The notes under the pieces: model-generated | What the model was told of the DNA's origin: nothing | Database searches by the model: none | The model's input: the letters and a program-made list of their open reading frames with translations, nothing else | IMG/VR virus record: IMGVR_UViG_3300045988_175656 | Reading direction: 5' to 3' (one strand) | Source of the DNA: a virus | DNA: 64,000 nucleotides | Part shown: one piece after another, positions 17,911 to 26,369 of the stretch | Position numbering within the stretch: position 1 is the stretch's first letter | Layout: each line of letters begins with the position of its first letter | Program-made: the position numbers and the translations under genes

Positions 17911-18621
17911 ATGAAAATTATGAATATAATCGAAAAAATAGATAAAAGATTTGCTATTAATTCAAATTATAATGAAACATTTGATAAGTTTGCAATAGCA
18001 TGTTATGATTTACATGATAATGTAAATCAAAAATATGATAACAATCCTTATTCTTTACATTTGAGAATGGTAACTAATATGTTGCCAATTGTTTTTAATG
18101 ATGCGTGGGAGTGTGGTTTTATCATTAATAATGCGTATGAACAAACTTTATTAAAAGACTATATAAAATGTTTTTACTCTGCATTATTGCATGATTCAAT
18201 TGAAGATGCAAGACTTACATATAACGATGTAAAAAAAATGGTTTCTTTTTATAATTCATTTTGTTTTTCTTGTTATGATGATGAAGAGATGCGAACATTT
18301 CATTATATGTTAATGATTGAACCTGAAGATGTTGCTGATATTGTTTATGCTGTAACAAATGAAAAAGGTAAAAATCGTTCAGAACGAGCAAATGAAAAGT
18401 ATTATCAAGGAATTAGAGAAAACAAACTTGCTGTTATTGTGAAAATTTGTGATAGGCTAGCTAATGCTCTCTACTCAAAATTAATTAATAGTAGAATGCT
18501 TGATGTTTATAAAAAAGAACATGAACATTTTATAAACTCAGTTATTGAGGATGATAATAGTGAATTTTATAAAAAAATTGAAGCACATTTTACTAAAATA
18601 TACAATGATGAATTAATATGA
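17911..18621 (+). CDS. HD hydrolase, RelA/SpoT-type (alarmone-hydrolase-like)
   Basis: HLRMV.. and ALLHDSIEDARLTYNDV match the SpoT/MESH1 HD signature. Confidence 0.55.
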   Translation: MKIMNIIEKIDKRFAINSNYNETFDKFAIACYDLHDNVNQKYDNNPYSLHLRMVTNMLPIVFNDAWECGFIINNAYEQTLLKDYIKCFYSALLHDSIEDARLTYNDVKKMVSFYNSFCFSCYDDEEMRTFHYMLMIEPEDVADIVYAVTNEKGKNRSERANEKYYQGIRENKLAVIVKICDRLANALYSKLINSRMLDVYKKEHEHFINSVIEDDNSEFYKKIEAHFTKIYNDELI

Positions 18622-20177
18622 AAAAAATATTTACTCTATCAGAAAAAGCTTCATTAGAATATAGTGCAGCTATATGTAGAATTGGCGAAGTAAAGCCAAT
18701 TAAAGGCTCTGAATTTTTAGGACAAACAATTGTGTTTGGTCAGTCATTAGTTGTTAGAAAAGATGAAATGAAAGAAGGCGATATTGTCATATATTGTCCT
18801 ATTGAAACTATTCTTAACAAAGATTTTTTATCTGCTAATAATCTTTATGAAATGGGCGAAAGAAAACGAAATGCTAATTTCGAAGAAGTTCAAAAGTTAT
18901 ATGAAGAAGGTAAAGAAGAAGAAGCTAAATCTAAAGTGGGCTTTTTTAATAAACATGGGCGTATTAAATTATTAACATTAAGAAATACACCATCAGTAGG
19001 TTTTATATTTAAACCAGAAAATTTATTGAAGTGGAAACCTAATTTGGATTTATCTGATATTGAGTCTCATATTAATGAACAATTTGACACAATTGATGAT
19101 GAATTATTTATTAAAGTATATGTTCCATATACCCCACCACAACAACAGCCCTCTGGTGATAGAAAGCTCAGAAAACGCAATAAAAAGATAAAGAGAATGA
19201 GTAGAATGGTTGAAGGTGAATTTTCATTTCATTTTGATACCAATCAATTTAACAATAATGTGTGGAGATTTTCGCCAAACGATATTGTAACAATATCTCT
19301 TAAAGAACATGGTACATCTGCAATTTTTGCTAATATTTTAGTGAAACATCCAATTGTATTGACTCCTGTTCAACGGATAATTAATAAACATATTAAAAAA
19401 ACAATAAGAAATACATCTATTACTTTTGGCAAAAGTAAAAATAAAAATATTTCTAATAGTTGTTATAAAAAACTTCATATGTTAGAAAAACATATAATAC
19501 CATCATATACTTTAAAGTATGGAAATGTTTATTCTTCAAGAGGTGTTATTAAAAATGAGTTTATTAACCAAAACGTTACAAGCGGATTTTATAAAACAGA
19601 TGTATGGGGAGAATATAATAAATTAATCTCTCCTTATATTGAAAAAGGAATGTCACTTTACGGAGAAATTGTAGGATATGTATCAGGTTCACAAAAAATG
19701 ATACAAAAGTCTTATGATTATGGTTGTATGGAAGGTGAAAACTATCTTATGATTTATCGTATAACAACAAAAGATAAAGATGGGGTTAAAAAGGAATGGA
19801 ATGTAACTGATGTAGAAAAGTGGACTAAAAATTTATTAAAAAAACATCCTGAACTAAAGAAAAATATTCACCCAATTAAGATTTTATATCATGGTACATT
19901 AGCGGACCTTTATCCTGAAATATCAACAACTGACCATTGGCATGAAAATATATTAGAAGCTATGAAAGCTGATAAAATGCACTTTGGAATGGAAGAAGAT
20001 GAACCTTATTGTAAAAATAAAGTTCCAAGAGAAGGAATTGTTATTAGAATTGATAATGATAAAAAACCTGAAGCTTTTAAATTGAAATGTTTAAAGTTTT
20101 ATCAAAGAGAACGAAAAATGATTGATAAAGGCGAAGTGGATATTGAGATGGTACAAGGCTATACAGAGGAAAACTAA
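18618..20177 (+). CDS. ATP-dependent RNA ligase, DRB0094/Rnl5-like
   Basis: N-terminal PIKGSEFLGQTIVFGQSLVVRKDEMKEGDIVIYCPIE, GRIKLLTLRNTPSVGF, lysine-nucleotidylation motif KEHGTS; ATGA overlap with the HD gene. Confidence 0.7.
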   Translation: MKKIFTLSEKASLEYSAAICRIGEVKPIKGSEFLGQTIVFGQSLVVRKDEMKEGDIVIYCPIETILNKDFLSANNLYEMGERKRNANFEEVQKLYEEGKEEEAKSKVGFFNKHGRIKLLTLRNTPSVGFIFKPENLLKWKPNLDLSDIESHINEQFDTIDDELFIKVYVPYTPPQQQPSGDRKLRKRNKKIKRMSRMVEGEFSFHFDTNQFNNNVWRFSPNDIVTISLKEHGTSAIFANILVKHPIVLTPVQRIINKHIKKTIRNTSITFGKSKNKNISNSCYKKLHMLEKHIIPSYTLKYGNVYSSRGVIKNEFINQNVTSGFYKTDVWGEYNKLISPYIEKGMSLYGEIVGYVSGSQKMIQKSYDYGCMEGENYLMIYRITTKDKDGVKKEWNVTDVEKWTKNLLKKHPELKKNIHPIKILYHGTLADLYPEISTTDHWHENILEAMKADKMHFGMEEDEPYCKNKVPREGIVIRIDNDKKPEAFKLKCLKFYQRERKMIDKGEVDIEMVQGYTEEN

Positions 20178-20192
20178 CCTGGCAAGGTCGTA

Positions 20193-20254
20193 GCGAATGG
20201 GAATAAATTGTTTATTCTGTTTGGTGAAAGTGGGTTCAACTCCCACCATTCGCT
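20193..20254 (+). ncRNA. tRNA-like element (acceptor stem and T-arm, no D-arm, atypical central hairpin)
   Basis: GCGAATG (20193-99) pairs with CATTCGC (20247-53); T-arm GTGGG-TTCAACT-CCCAC (20230-46); central hairpin GAATAAA-TTG-TTTATTC (20201-17); only 62 nt, no encoded CCA. Confidence 0.5.
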
Positions 20255-20410
20255 CTATTTAATCTATTATGTTGAACAAGGGTTTAAAGTAAACTATACA
20301 AACCAGAAACCCTGAACCTTTAAGCAATTATTGGTAACAGACCATTGGGTAATTCCATAGGAGTGCTGTTAGGTATAGTATATTAGATTTTCATAATTTA
20401 AATTGATAAT

Positions 20411-20608
20411 ATGGCATTTAAGTTTAGTTTTGATAAATATATGGAAGATGTATATTCTCAGTTAGAATGTAATGCATCAAATGAATATGAAAAAATGTAT
20501 ATTACTTTTACATATTCAAAGGAAGAAGTAGAAAACAATATAGATTACTTTAAAAGATGTTATAACAAAAATATATCAGCTTATAAAGCACTAACATTTA
20601 TGAAATAA
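20411..20608 (+). CDS. hypothetical protein
   Basis: ORF track; one nt before the next gene. Confidence 0.5.
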   Translation: MAFKFSFDKYMEDVYSQLECNASNEYEKMYITFTYSKEEVENNIDYFKRCYNKNISAYKALTFMK

Positions 20609-20609
20609 T

Positions 20610-21200
20610 ATGAACAAAATTAAAATTGTGTTTGCTTCACATAACAAACACAAAATAGATGAAATTAAGCAAATTCTTGGTGATAGATTTGAAATTACCA
20701 GTTTGACTGATTTAGGTGTAACAGAAGAAATTCCAGAAACAGGAAACAGTTATTTTGAAAACGCAAATATAAAAGCAAGTTATGTTTACAATAAATTTGG
20801 TTTAAATTGTTTTGCTGATGATAGTGGTATTGAATTTTCAGGTTTATTAGGCGAACCAGGCATATTTTCAGCTCGCTGGGCAGGCGAAAATGCCACAGGC
20901 GAGGATTTGGTTGAAAAGTCGTTAAAATTGCTTGGTGACTCTTTAAATAGGTCTGCAATACAACTTACAACGATAGTAGTTTATATTGATGGAGAAATGC
21001 ATATGTTTAATGGAAGTTTAAGTGGGTTTATCACTTATCAACCATTTGGCTGTAATGGGTTTGCTTATGATAAAATATTTGTACCTAATAACTGTGAAAA
21101 GACTTTAGCTGAAATGACAAATGAAGAAAAGAATGTTATTTCTCATAGAGGTATAGCAGTTAGAAAATTAAAAGAGTTTCTTTTGAATAAAATATGTTAA
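20610..21200 (+). CDS. rdgB: non-canonical purine NTP pyrophosphatase (RdgB/HAM1)
   Basis: IVFASHNKHKIDEI, DDSGIEFSGLLGEPGIFSARW, GFAYDKIFVP, SHRGIA. Confidence 0.8.
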   Translation: MNKIKIVFASHNKHKIDEIKQILGDRFEITSLTDLGVTEEIPETGNSYFENANIKASYVYNKFGLNCFADDSGIEFSGLLGEPGIFSARWAGENATGEDLVEKSLKLLGDSLNRSAIQLTTIVVYIDGEMHMFNGSLSGFITYQPFGCNGFAYDKIFVPNNCEKTLAEMTNEEKNVISHRGIAVRKLKEFLLNKIC

Positions 21201-21313
21201 AAAAGATTAGAAAATTCATTCAAAGTGAGGATTTTGCAATTTATTTTAGTATATTTGCATTACTGATTACATTTGCACTTGTTTACATAACATATATTAA
21301 ACCAACATTATGA
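21194..21313 (+). CDS. possible 39-aa membrane peptide
   Basis: hand-translated MLKKIRKFIQSEDFAIYFSIFALLITFALVYITYIKPTL; ATGA overlap with the next gene; contains a promoter box, so may be non-coding. Confidence 0.25.
   Translation: MLKKIRKFIQSEDFAIYFSIFALLITFALVYITYIKPTL
21250..21259 (+). promoter_or_regulatory. Bacteroidota-type -7 promoter box
   Basis: tatatttgca about 50 nt upstream of ATG 21310. Confidence 0.45.
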
Positions 21314-21696
21314 AACGTAGAATCGAAAAAAAGAAAGACCCTAAGTATTTAGGAATTCCAAATATAAATTTTTCTTTATCAAAATCATCAGATAAAAGAG
21401 AAGGAAAATATATGAATCAAAGAAAGTTAAGAGGGTTTGATGATACAGAACTGTGGTCATTGGATTGTACAATATGTCGTTTTATTGCACCTCGTTTAAA
21501 AGTTTTTATTGAAAATACAATGAGTTCTTGCCCTGGTAAATTTATGGATAATCCTGATGAATGGGTTGAAATTTTAAATAAAATGTTATATGCATTTGAA
21601 CATTATGAAGTGAATTATAAGATGGATGAAAATGCAGATAAAATAGAAGAAGGGTTAAATTTGTTTCATGAATATTTTAATATGTTATGGGATTAA
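21310..21696 (+). CDS. hypothetical protein
   Basis: ORF track. Confidence 0.55.
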   Translation: MKRRIEKKKDPKYLGIPNINFSLSKSSDKREGKYMNQRKLRGFDDTELWSLDCTICRFIAPRLKVFIENTMSSCPGKFMDNPDEWVEILNKMLYAFEHYEVNYKMDENADKIEEGLNLFHEYFNMLWD

Positions 21697-21863
21697 AAGA
21701 GAATGAATTTATTATATGTCCTAATTGTAAAGGTAGAAAATATGTATATGACCATATGTTAGGTTGTTTTACATTAGGAATTGGATATTTGATGGGCAGA
21801 GATGATAAATGCCCTACTTGTGATGGTAAAGGATTTATAAAAGTTACAGATGGTAAAAAATAA
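21687..21863 (+). CDS. small zinc-ribbon protein (58 aa) with DnaJ-like CxxCxGxG motifs
   Basis: hand-translated MGLKENEFIICPNCKGRKY..DDKCPTCDGKGFIKV; overlaps upstream gene by 10 nt. Confidence 0.45.
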   Translation: MGLKENEFIICPNCKGRKYVYDHMLGCFTLGIGYLMGRDDKCPTCDGKGFIKVTDGKK

Positions 21864-21875
21864 AACAGAAGTATT

Positions 21876-22343
21876 ATGATTAGTGATAAATTAGACAATT
21901 TGATTGCAGAAGCAATGAAAAACCATGAAACTGAAAAGTTAGAAGTTTTAAGATTAATTAAGACTAAGTTCATGGAGTATAAAACAGCTAAAGCTGGAAA
22001 TGTATTGGATGAACAGACTGAAGCAAGTATATTAATTAAGATGATTTCTCAAAGAGAAGATTCGATTAAACAATATACCAATGCAAAACGTCCTGAATTA
22101 GCTGAACAAGAAGCAAAAGAAATTAATATTATTCAAGAGTTTGCACCAAAACAAGCAACAGATGAAGAAATTGAAAATTTCACAAGTTCTACAATTACAG
22201 CTTATAAATTAACAAAAGAAGAAGGTTATATAATTTCTATGAGAGATATGAAACCAATTATGGAGCTTGTTAAAGCTGAATATCCTATGGCTAATGGGAA
22301 AGTTGTGTCTAAAGTAATGAATAACTATATTAATGGTAAGTAA
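21876..22343 (+). CDS. GatB/YqeY-domain protein
   Basis: N-terminal L..L...AMK....E.L.vLRLI pattern and overall size typical of YqeY. Confidence 0.65.
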   Translation: MISDKLDNLIAEAMKNHETEKLEVLRLIKTKFMEYKTAKAGNVLDEQTEASILIKMISQREDSIKQYTNAKRPELAEQEAKEINIIQEFAPKQATDEEIENFTSSTITAYKLTKEEGYIISMRDMKPIMELVKAEYPMANGKVVSKVMNNYINGK

Positions 22344-22576
22344 TGGCTAAATTTATAGTAGGTAGTATAGGAACAATACTTAGTGTATTGATTATATTGT
22401 TTGGAAGTTCTTTATTAGAAGGTATTATATTATGGGTATCATATCCATCATTAATAAAATTATTTCCAATTTTAGGATGTTATTTACCATTAAGTATATC
22501 ATATTGGAATAGTGCTATGATAATGGCATTATTGAATTTAATAATTGGAACTATTAGTAAATTATGGAAGAAATAA
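22343..22576 (+). CDS. small membrane protein
   Basis: ORF track; three hydrophobic segments. Confidence 0.5.
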   Translation: MAKFIVGSIGTILSVLIILFGSSLLEGIILWVSYPSLIKLFPILGCYLPLSISYWNSAMIMALLNLIIGTISKLWKK

Positions 22577-22788
22577 GTAAATATCCTTATCTTGGAAAGT
22601 TTAGTTTTCCAAATAATGAGGAAATGGCATATGTTGTATTGTTCAATCGTCCTAAAACTGGTATGATTGTTTCAAGTAACATAGTTGGTAATACATTATT
22701 AGAAATTGGTAGCTATTCTGAAGAATGGGATGAAAATTCATTCACTTATTTACCAAAAGAAATTGATGTAAGATTGAATAATGATTAA
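22564..22788 (+). CDS. hypothetical protein
   Basis: ORF track. Confidence 0.5.
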   Translation: MEEISKYPYLGKFSFPNNEEMAYVVLFNRPKTGMIVSSNIVGNTLLEIGSYSEEWDENSFTYLPKEIDVRLNND

Positions 22789-22799
22789 ATAAAAATAAA

Positions 22800-23336
22800 A
22801 TGAATATGAATTGTTGTAGTAATGAAAGCAAAGCAACTTTGGCTTATGTAAATGATTGTGGTTCAAGTGAAATTTTAACCAAAGAAGTGGACTTGTCAAG
22901 TAAAGAAAGTGTTTTGAAAAGACATAAAGAATTAGAACAAGTACAAAGAAATTTGTATGATAAAATGGAGAATCTAGGAAAGAAATATACAGAATTGTTT
23001 AAGACAGAATTAATTAATAGAAATATTAAAGGCAAATGTTTTGTCTCTGATAAAAATATTAATAGTTGTTATGGTCCAATAAACGATGTTAAGTCCAAAT
23101 ATGTTGAATATTTTAGAGTGACAGAAATTAAATATGTATATTATAATTCAATTACATTAGTTTGCGATTTTTTTAATAAATATGAAGATGAAAATTCAAA
23201 GAAAGCGTATCATTTTGGTCATGGTGTAATTGAAGTACTTCATTCAGCTCTTGATGAAAAGAATGAAATTACACTTCAAGAATTTAAGCAAAAACGTGAA
23301 GAATATTTTAATGAATATAAAGAATATGTTCAATGA
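22800..23336 (+). CDS. hypothetical protein
   Basis: ORF track. Confidence 0.55.
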   Translation: MNMNCCSNESKATLAYVNDCGSSEILTKEVDLSSKESVLKRHKELEQVQRNLYDKMENLGKKYTELFKTELINRNIKGKCFVSDKNINSCYGPINDVKSKYVEYFRVTEIKYVYYNSITLVCDFFNKYEDENSKKAYHFGHGVIEVLHSALDEKNEITLQEFKQKREEYFNEYKEYVQ

Positions 23337-23809
23337 GAGTAAATAAAGATTATGTATTTTTCTGGGGAAGCGAATTTTCTAATTGGTTTCCCTCAGAATT
23401 TCAGTTAGAAGGAAAGAAGTTCTATAATGCAGAACAATATTTCATGTATAAAAAAGCTAAATTTTTTAACGATGAAGAAATGGCTATGGCTATTTTGTGT
23501 ACTGATGACCCTAAAGTAGCTAAGAAATTAGGACGTAAAGTTAAAAATTTTAAAGATATTGCTTGGTCAAAAGTTCGTAAAGAATATATGAAAGAAGCTT
23601 GTAGAGCTAAATTTACACAAAATTTAGATTTAAAAGAGAAACTTCTTAGTCATAAAACACAAACTTATGTTGAAGCTTCTCCTTATGATATTATTTGGGG
23701 TGTTGGATTAAGTGAGGACAATCCACAAATAAATAATAAGGAGAATTGGTTAGGAAAAAATCTTTTAGGAGAAGTTTTAACTGAATTAAGAGATGAACTT
23801 AGTAAATAA
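23333..23809 (+). CDS. NADAR (YbiA/DUF1768) family protein
   Basis: FFWGSEFSNWFPS, YNAEQYFMYKKAKFF, IIWGVGL; ATGA overlap upstream. Confidence 0.7.
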   Translation: MRVNKDYVFFWGSEFSNWFPSEFQLEGKKFYNAEQYFMYKKAKFFNDEEMAMAILCTDDPKVAKKLGRKVKNFKDIAWSKVRKEYMKEACRAKFTQNLDLKEKLLSHKTQTYVEASPYDIIWGVGLSEDNPQINNKENWLGKNLLGEVLTELRDELSK

Positions 23810-23815
23810 AATAAT

Positions 23816-24226
23816 ATGGGTACAGATAGAGTGACTATTGATTTACCATCTTATTTATCAATTGATACTGATGATGGTTTAAAAATTGAAATTGATACTG
23901 ACAAATATCTAAATTCCTTGAAAACTTATGACATTGTATATCATCTTGAAGGTAGGCATGATTATGACCCACTTGACGATGCAGATGATGATGATTTAGT
24001 TGAAGAATTGAGAAACCGTAATTATGACTTTTCAGGCGAATTGGATGACTATGATATAGATTGTGAATATTTCAATAGAGGTCTAGGGGATAATGCAAGT
24101 GTAGTAGATTGCTTAATTCAAGCAGCTAAAATATTAGCACCAAGAAGAATTTTAGATAAAGCCACAATTAAAGAAATAATAAATGATTTTATTGATTCAT
24201 CATTAGATAATAGATGCTATAAGTAA
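23816..24226 (+). CDS. hypothetical acidic protein
   Basis: ORF track; D/E-rich. Confidence 0.5.
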   Translation: MGTDRVTIDLPSYLSIDTDDGLKIEIDTDKYLNSLKTYDIVYHLEGRHDYDPLDDADDDDLVEELRNRNYDFSGELDDYDIDCEYFNRGLGDNASVVDCLIQAAKILAPRRILDKATIKEIINDFIDSSLDNRCYK

Positions 24227-24260
24227 GTGTAATTTTACTTTTTATTATATTTAATATTAA

Positions 24261-24587
24261 ATGATATTACATACAATGAATAAAATTAGTATTAAAGAAT
24301 CGGTATTAATGGATTGTATTATTGAAGCGATACAAGCATCTTTATTTGATGATGGTGTTTCTCCTGAACAAGAAGAATTATATAATAAAAAGAAAATTGC
24401 AAGACAAAATGCAGCAAAGAAAGCAGCCCAAACTCGTTCTGTTAATAAACAGAATAAAGAAAAAGCAATTAACAAAGCACATGTTATAGCAAGAGGGACT
24501 GGAGAAGATTTATTTGGTAATAAGGTATCAGATGATGAACGAAAAGAAGCTGAAAATTATCTTCAGAAAAATGTGAAGAGAAAATAA
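24261..24587 (+). CDS. hypothetical basic protein
   Basis: ORF track; K/R-rich; the antisense ORF 24257..24475 is treated as a shadow. Confidence 0.5.
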   Translation: MILHTMNKISIKESVLMDCIIEAIQASLFDDGVSPEQEELYNKKKIARQNAAKKAAQTRSVNKQNKEKAINKAHVIARGTGEDLFGNKVSDDERKEAENYLQKNVKRK

Positions 24588-24617
24588 AAATGGGAACTAA
24601 AAATAGTTCCCATTTTT
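24586..24617. terminator. bidirectional terminator hairpin between convergent genes
   Basis: aaaaatgggaact / agttcccattttt 13-bp stem; arm core identical to the hairpin at 15552. Confidence 0.7.
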
Positions 24618-24622
24618 GTATA

Positions 24623-25096
24623 TTAAAATTCGTTCCAAGTAAGAACATTTTTACTTATTTTATCATCAACAGTGTTCTTATCATAAAAATTATTATCAAT
24701 ATATTCTTTATCATAAAAGTTATCTATTAATGATGTTAAATCTAAGCTGATGGTTGTTGCATCATTTAATGTGAATACCATAGTATTAGTATCATTATTA
24801 AACAACACATTAGATAAAAATTTATCGACAAGATTTATTGTTTTTGTTGGTTGATTTGAATAAGTAATTTCTAAAGAGTTATTAACTGAATTATATTTTA
24901 TGTCACTAACACCTTGACTCATTCCACCACCATTAACAATCATTTCGTATATTACACGGTAAAATGATACATAATTATCATTTAATTGTATATCATCTCC
25001 ACTAATATCTTTTAGTTGATTTAATGTGCTATTAAGTGGGCTTGGCGTTGTGAATCCCCAGCTAGCAAGTGGATTAGATTTACTTATTTCTCTCAT
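24623..25096 (-). CDS. tail-fibre-associated protein (distal module or assembly factor)
   Basis: last gene of the minus-strand fibre operon; C-terminus LTWNEF parallels LIWGEF of the upstream gene. Confidence 0.4.
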   Translation of the reverse strand: MREISKSNPLASWGFTTPSPLNSTLNQLKDISGDDIQLNDNYVSFYRVIYEMIVNGGGMSQGVSDIKYNSVNNSLEITYSNQPTKTINLVDKFLSNVLFNNDTNTMVFTLNDATTISLDLTSLIDNFYDKEYIDNNFYDKNTVDDKISKNVLTWNEF

Positions 25097-25126
25097 TTTT
25101 GTTTTTTAATTTACATTGAAATATTA

Positions 25127-26344
25127 TTAAAATTCACCCCATATCAAAGATGCTGTTAAACCATTAGCTGTTTTTTCTAAAACAACACCACCTGTTGTTT
25201 CGTCAGGTTGTGGTGCTAATTTTACAGATACACCATTTGCACTTGTTTCTAATGAAGGTGTTGTAGAGTTAATTTTAAGAGCCGCTTTTAAGCCATCGCT
25301 TTCTTTAGTTAAAGTTACATCTCCTTGTGTTGCAGTAATTTTAACATCTGCTTGCAATTCATATGCATTATAAGTCAAATCAACTGTGTTTGTATCAAGC
25401 ACAGTCATTTGAGCAGGAGTTGCCACAAATAAACCATCTGATTTTATTTCCAATGCATTGTTACTTTCAGCAGATTTCTTAACATCAGTTGTTATTTTGT
25501 TAGCTGCAACTGTAACATTTGCTGTTGAGGTGGTATCACCACTTAATGATGGTGTTGGTGGTACATACAAACCATCTGTTTTCCCAACTAATATGTTATC
25601 CCCATCAGTTGTTGATAAATTAACATTTGCTGTAACGTTAACAGTATTAGAAGTTTCAACTGCTGTTAATGTAACAGAACTACTTGATTGAAAAGTATAT
25701 GCTTTATATAAATCGTCAGTTGGCACTACAATGGCTTCATAAGTGATACCACTAGTTGATTCTTCTCTCATAATGAAAACAATACTTGGTTCTGAAATTG
25801 TAGCTGTAATACCACTCCATTCTTTACCAACTATCCATGCATTAAATTCAGCTTGATTTTTGACAAATGTTGCTCCAGCTAAAAATGAATCTTGAAGTAA
25901 ATCAACAGCATCTCCAACATTAGCCCATGCAGTTCCATTATAATATTGTAGTTGTAATGAGCCACTTTCATAAATAGCTTTTATTGTTGAATATAATCCA
26001 CTACCATCATTTATCAATATATTATTTCCAGTTGCAACAGCTTTACTTACCACAACATCAACTGTAATATCTCCGTTGTTATCAATAGTCATATTAGTCG
26101 CATCTCCATTAATACCATTTAATAATGTAACAGTTTTAGTTGTACCATCTGTTTTCGTAAAAGTTGCAACAAGTGCATTGTTATTTGTTGTTATAACAAC
26201 ATCAGTAAAATCTTCACCACCTGCATACCATTTTTTATCTAATAATTGTATGATACCACTATCAGTTTTGAAGTATATGTTACCATCAGTTGTAGCATTC
26301 ACAGGGATTGCATTAGTTCCTTTAAAAAATTTTAAATTCGCCAT
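25127..26344 (-). CDS. tail-fibre-like protein
   Basis: N-terminal KFFKGT..TTDGNIYFKTDSG motif common at fibre N-termini; T/S/N/V-rich beta-like repeats. Confidence 0.55.
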   Translation of the reverse strand: MANLKFFKGTNAIPVNATTDGNIYFKTDSGIIQLLDKKWYAGGEDFTDVVITTNNNALVATFTKTDGTTKTVTLLNGINGDATNMTIDNNGDITVDVVVSKAVATGNNILINDGSGLYSTIKAIYESGSLQLQYYNGTAWANVGDAVDLLQDSFLAGATFVKNQAEFNAWIVGKEWSGITATISEPSIVFIMREESTSGITYEAIVVPTDDLYKAYTFQSSSSVTLTAVETSNTVNVTANVNLSTTDGDNILVGKTDGLYVPPTPSLSGDTTSTANVTVAANKITTDVKKSAESNNALEIKSDGLFVATPAQMTVLDTNTVDLTYNAYELQADVKITATQGDVTLTKESDGLKAALKINSTTPSLETSANGVSVKLAPQPDETTGGVVLEKTANGLTASLIWGEF

Positions 26345-26369
26345 TAATTTTATTTTTATTATTTATTTA

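Noticed and set aside
20193-20254. Calling the element a genuine tRNA gene (possible anticodon TTG in the loop AATTGTT)
   Set aside because: The element is only 62 nt and has no D-arm. The candidate anticodon loop lacks U33 and a purine at 37, and folds better as a 7-bp stem with a 3-nt loop. I therefore report it as a tRNA-like ncRNA rather than a tRNA.
20178-20410. A YrlA-type bacterial Y RNA, or a tmRNA
   Set aside because: In YrlA the tRNA-like module is circularly permuted, with the acceptor stem closed by a loop and the RNA ends forming the Ro-binding stem. Here the strand order is that of a normal tRNA, and I could not find a convincing long terminal stem. For tmRNA, there is no G3:U70 pair, no tag reading frame, and the acceptor strands are only about 45 nt apart.
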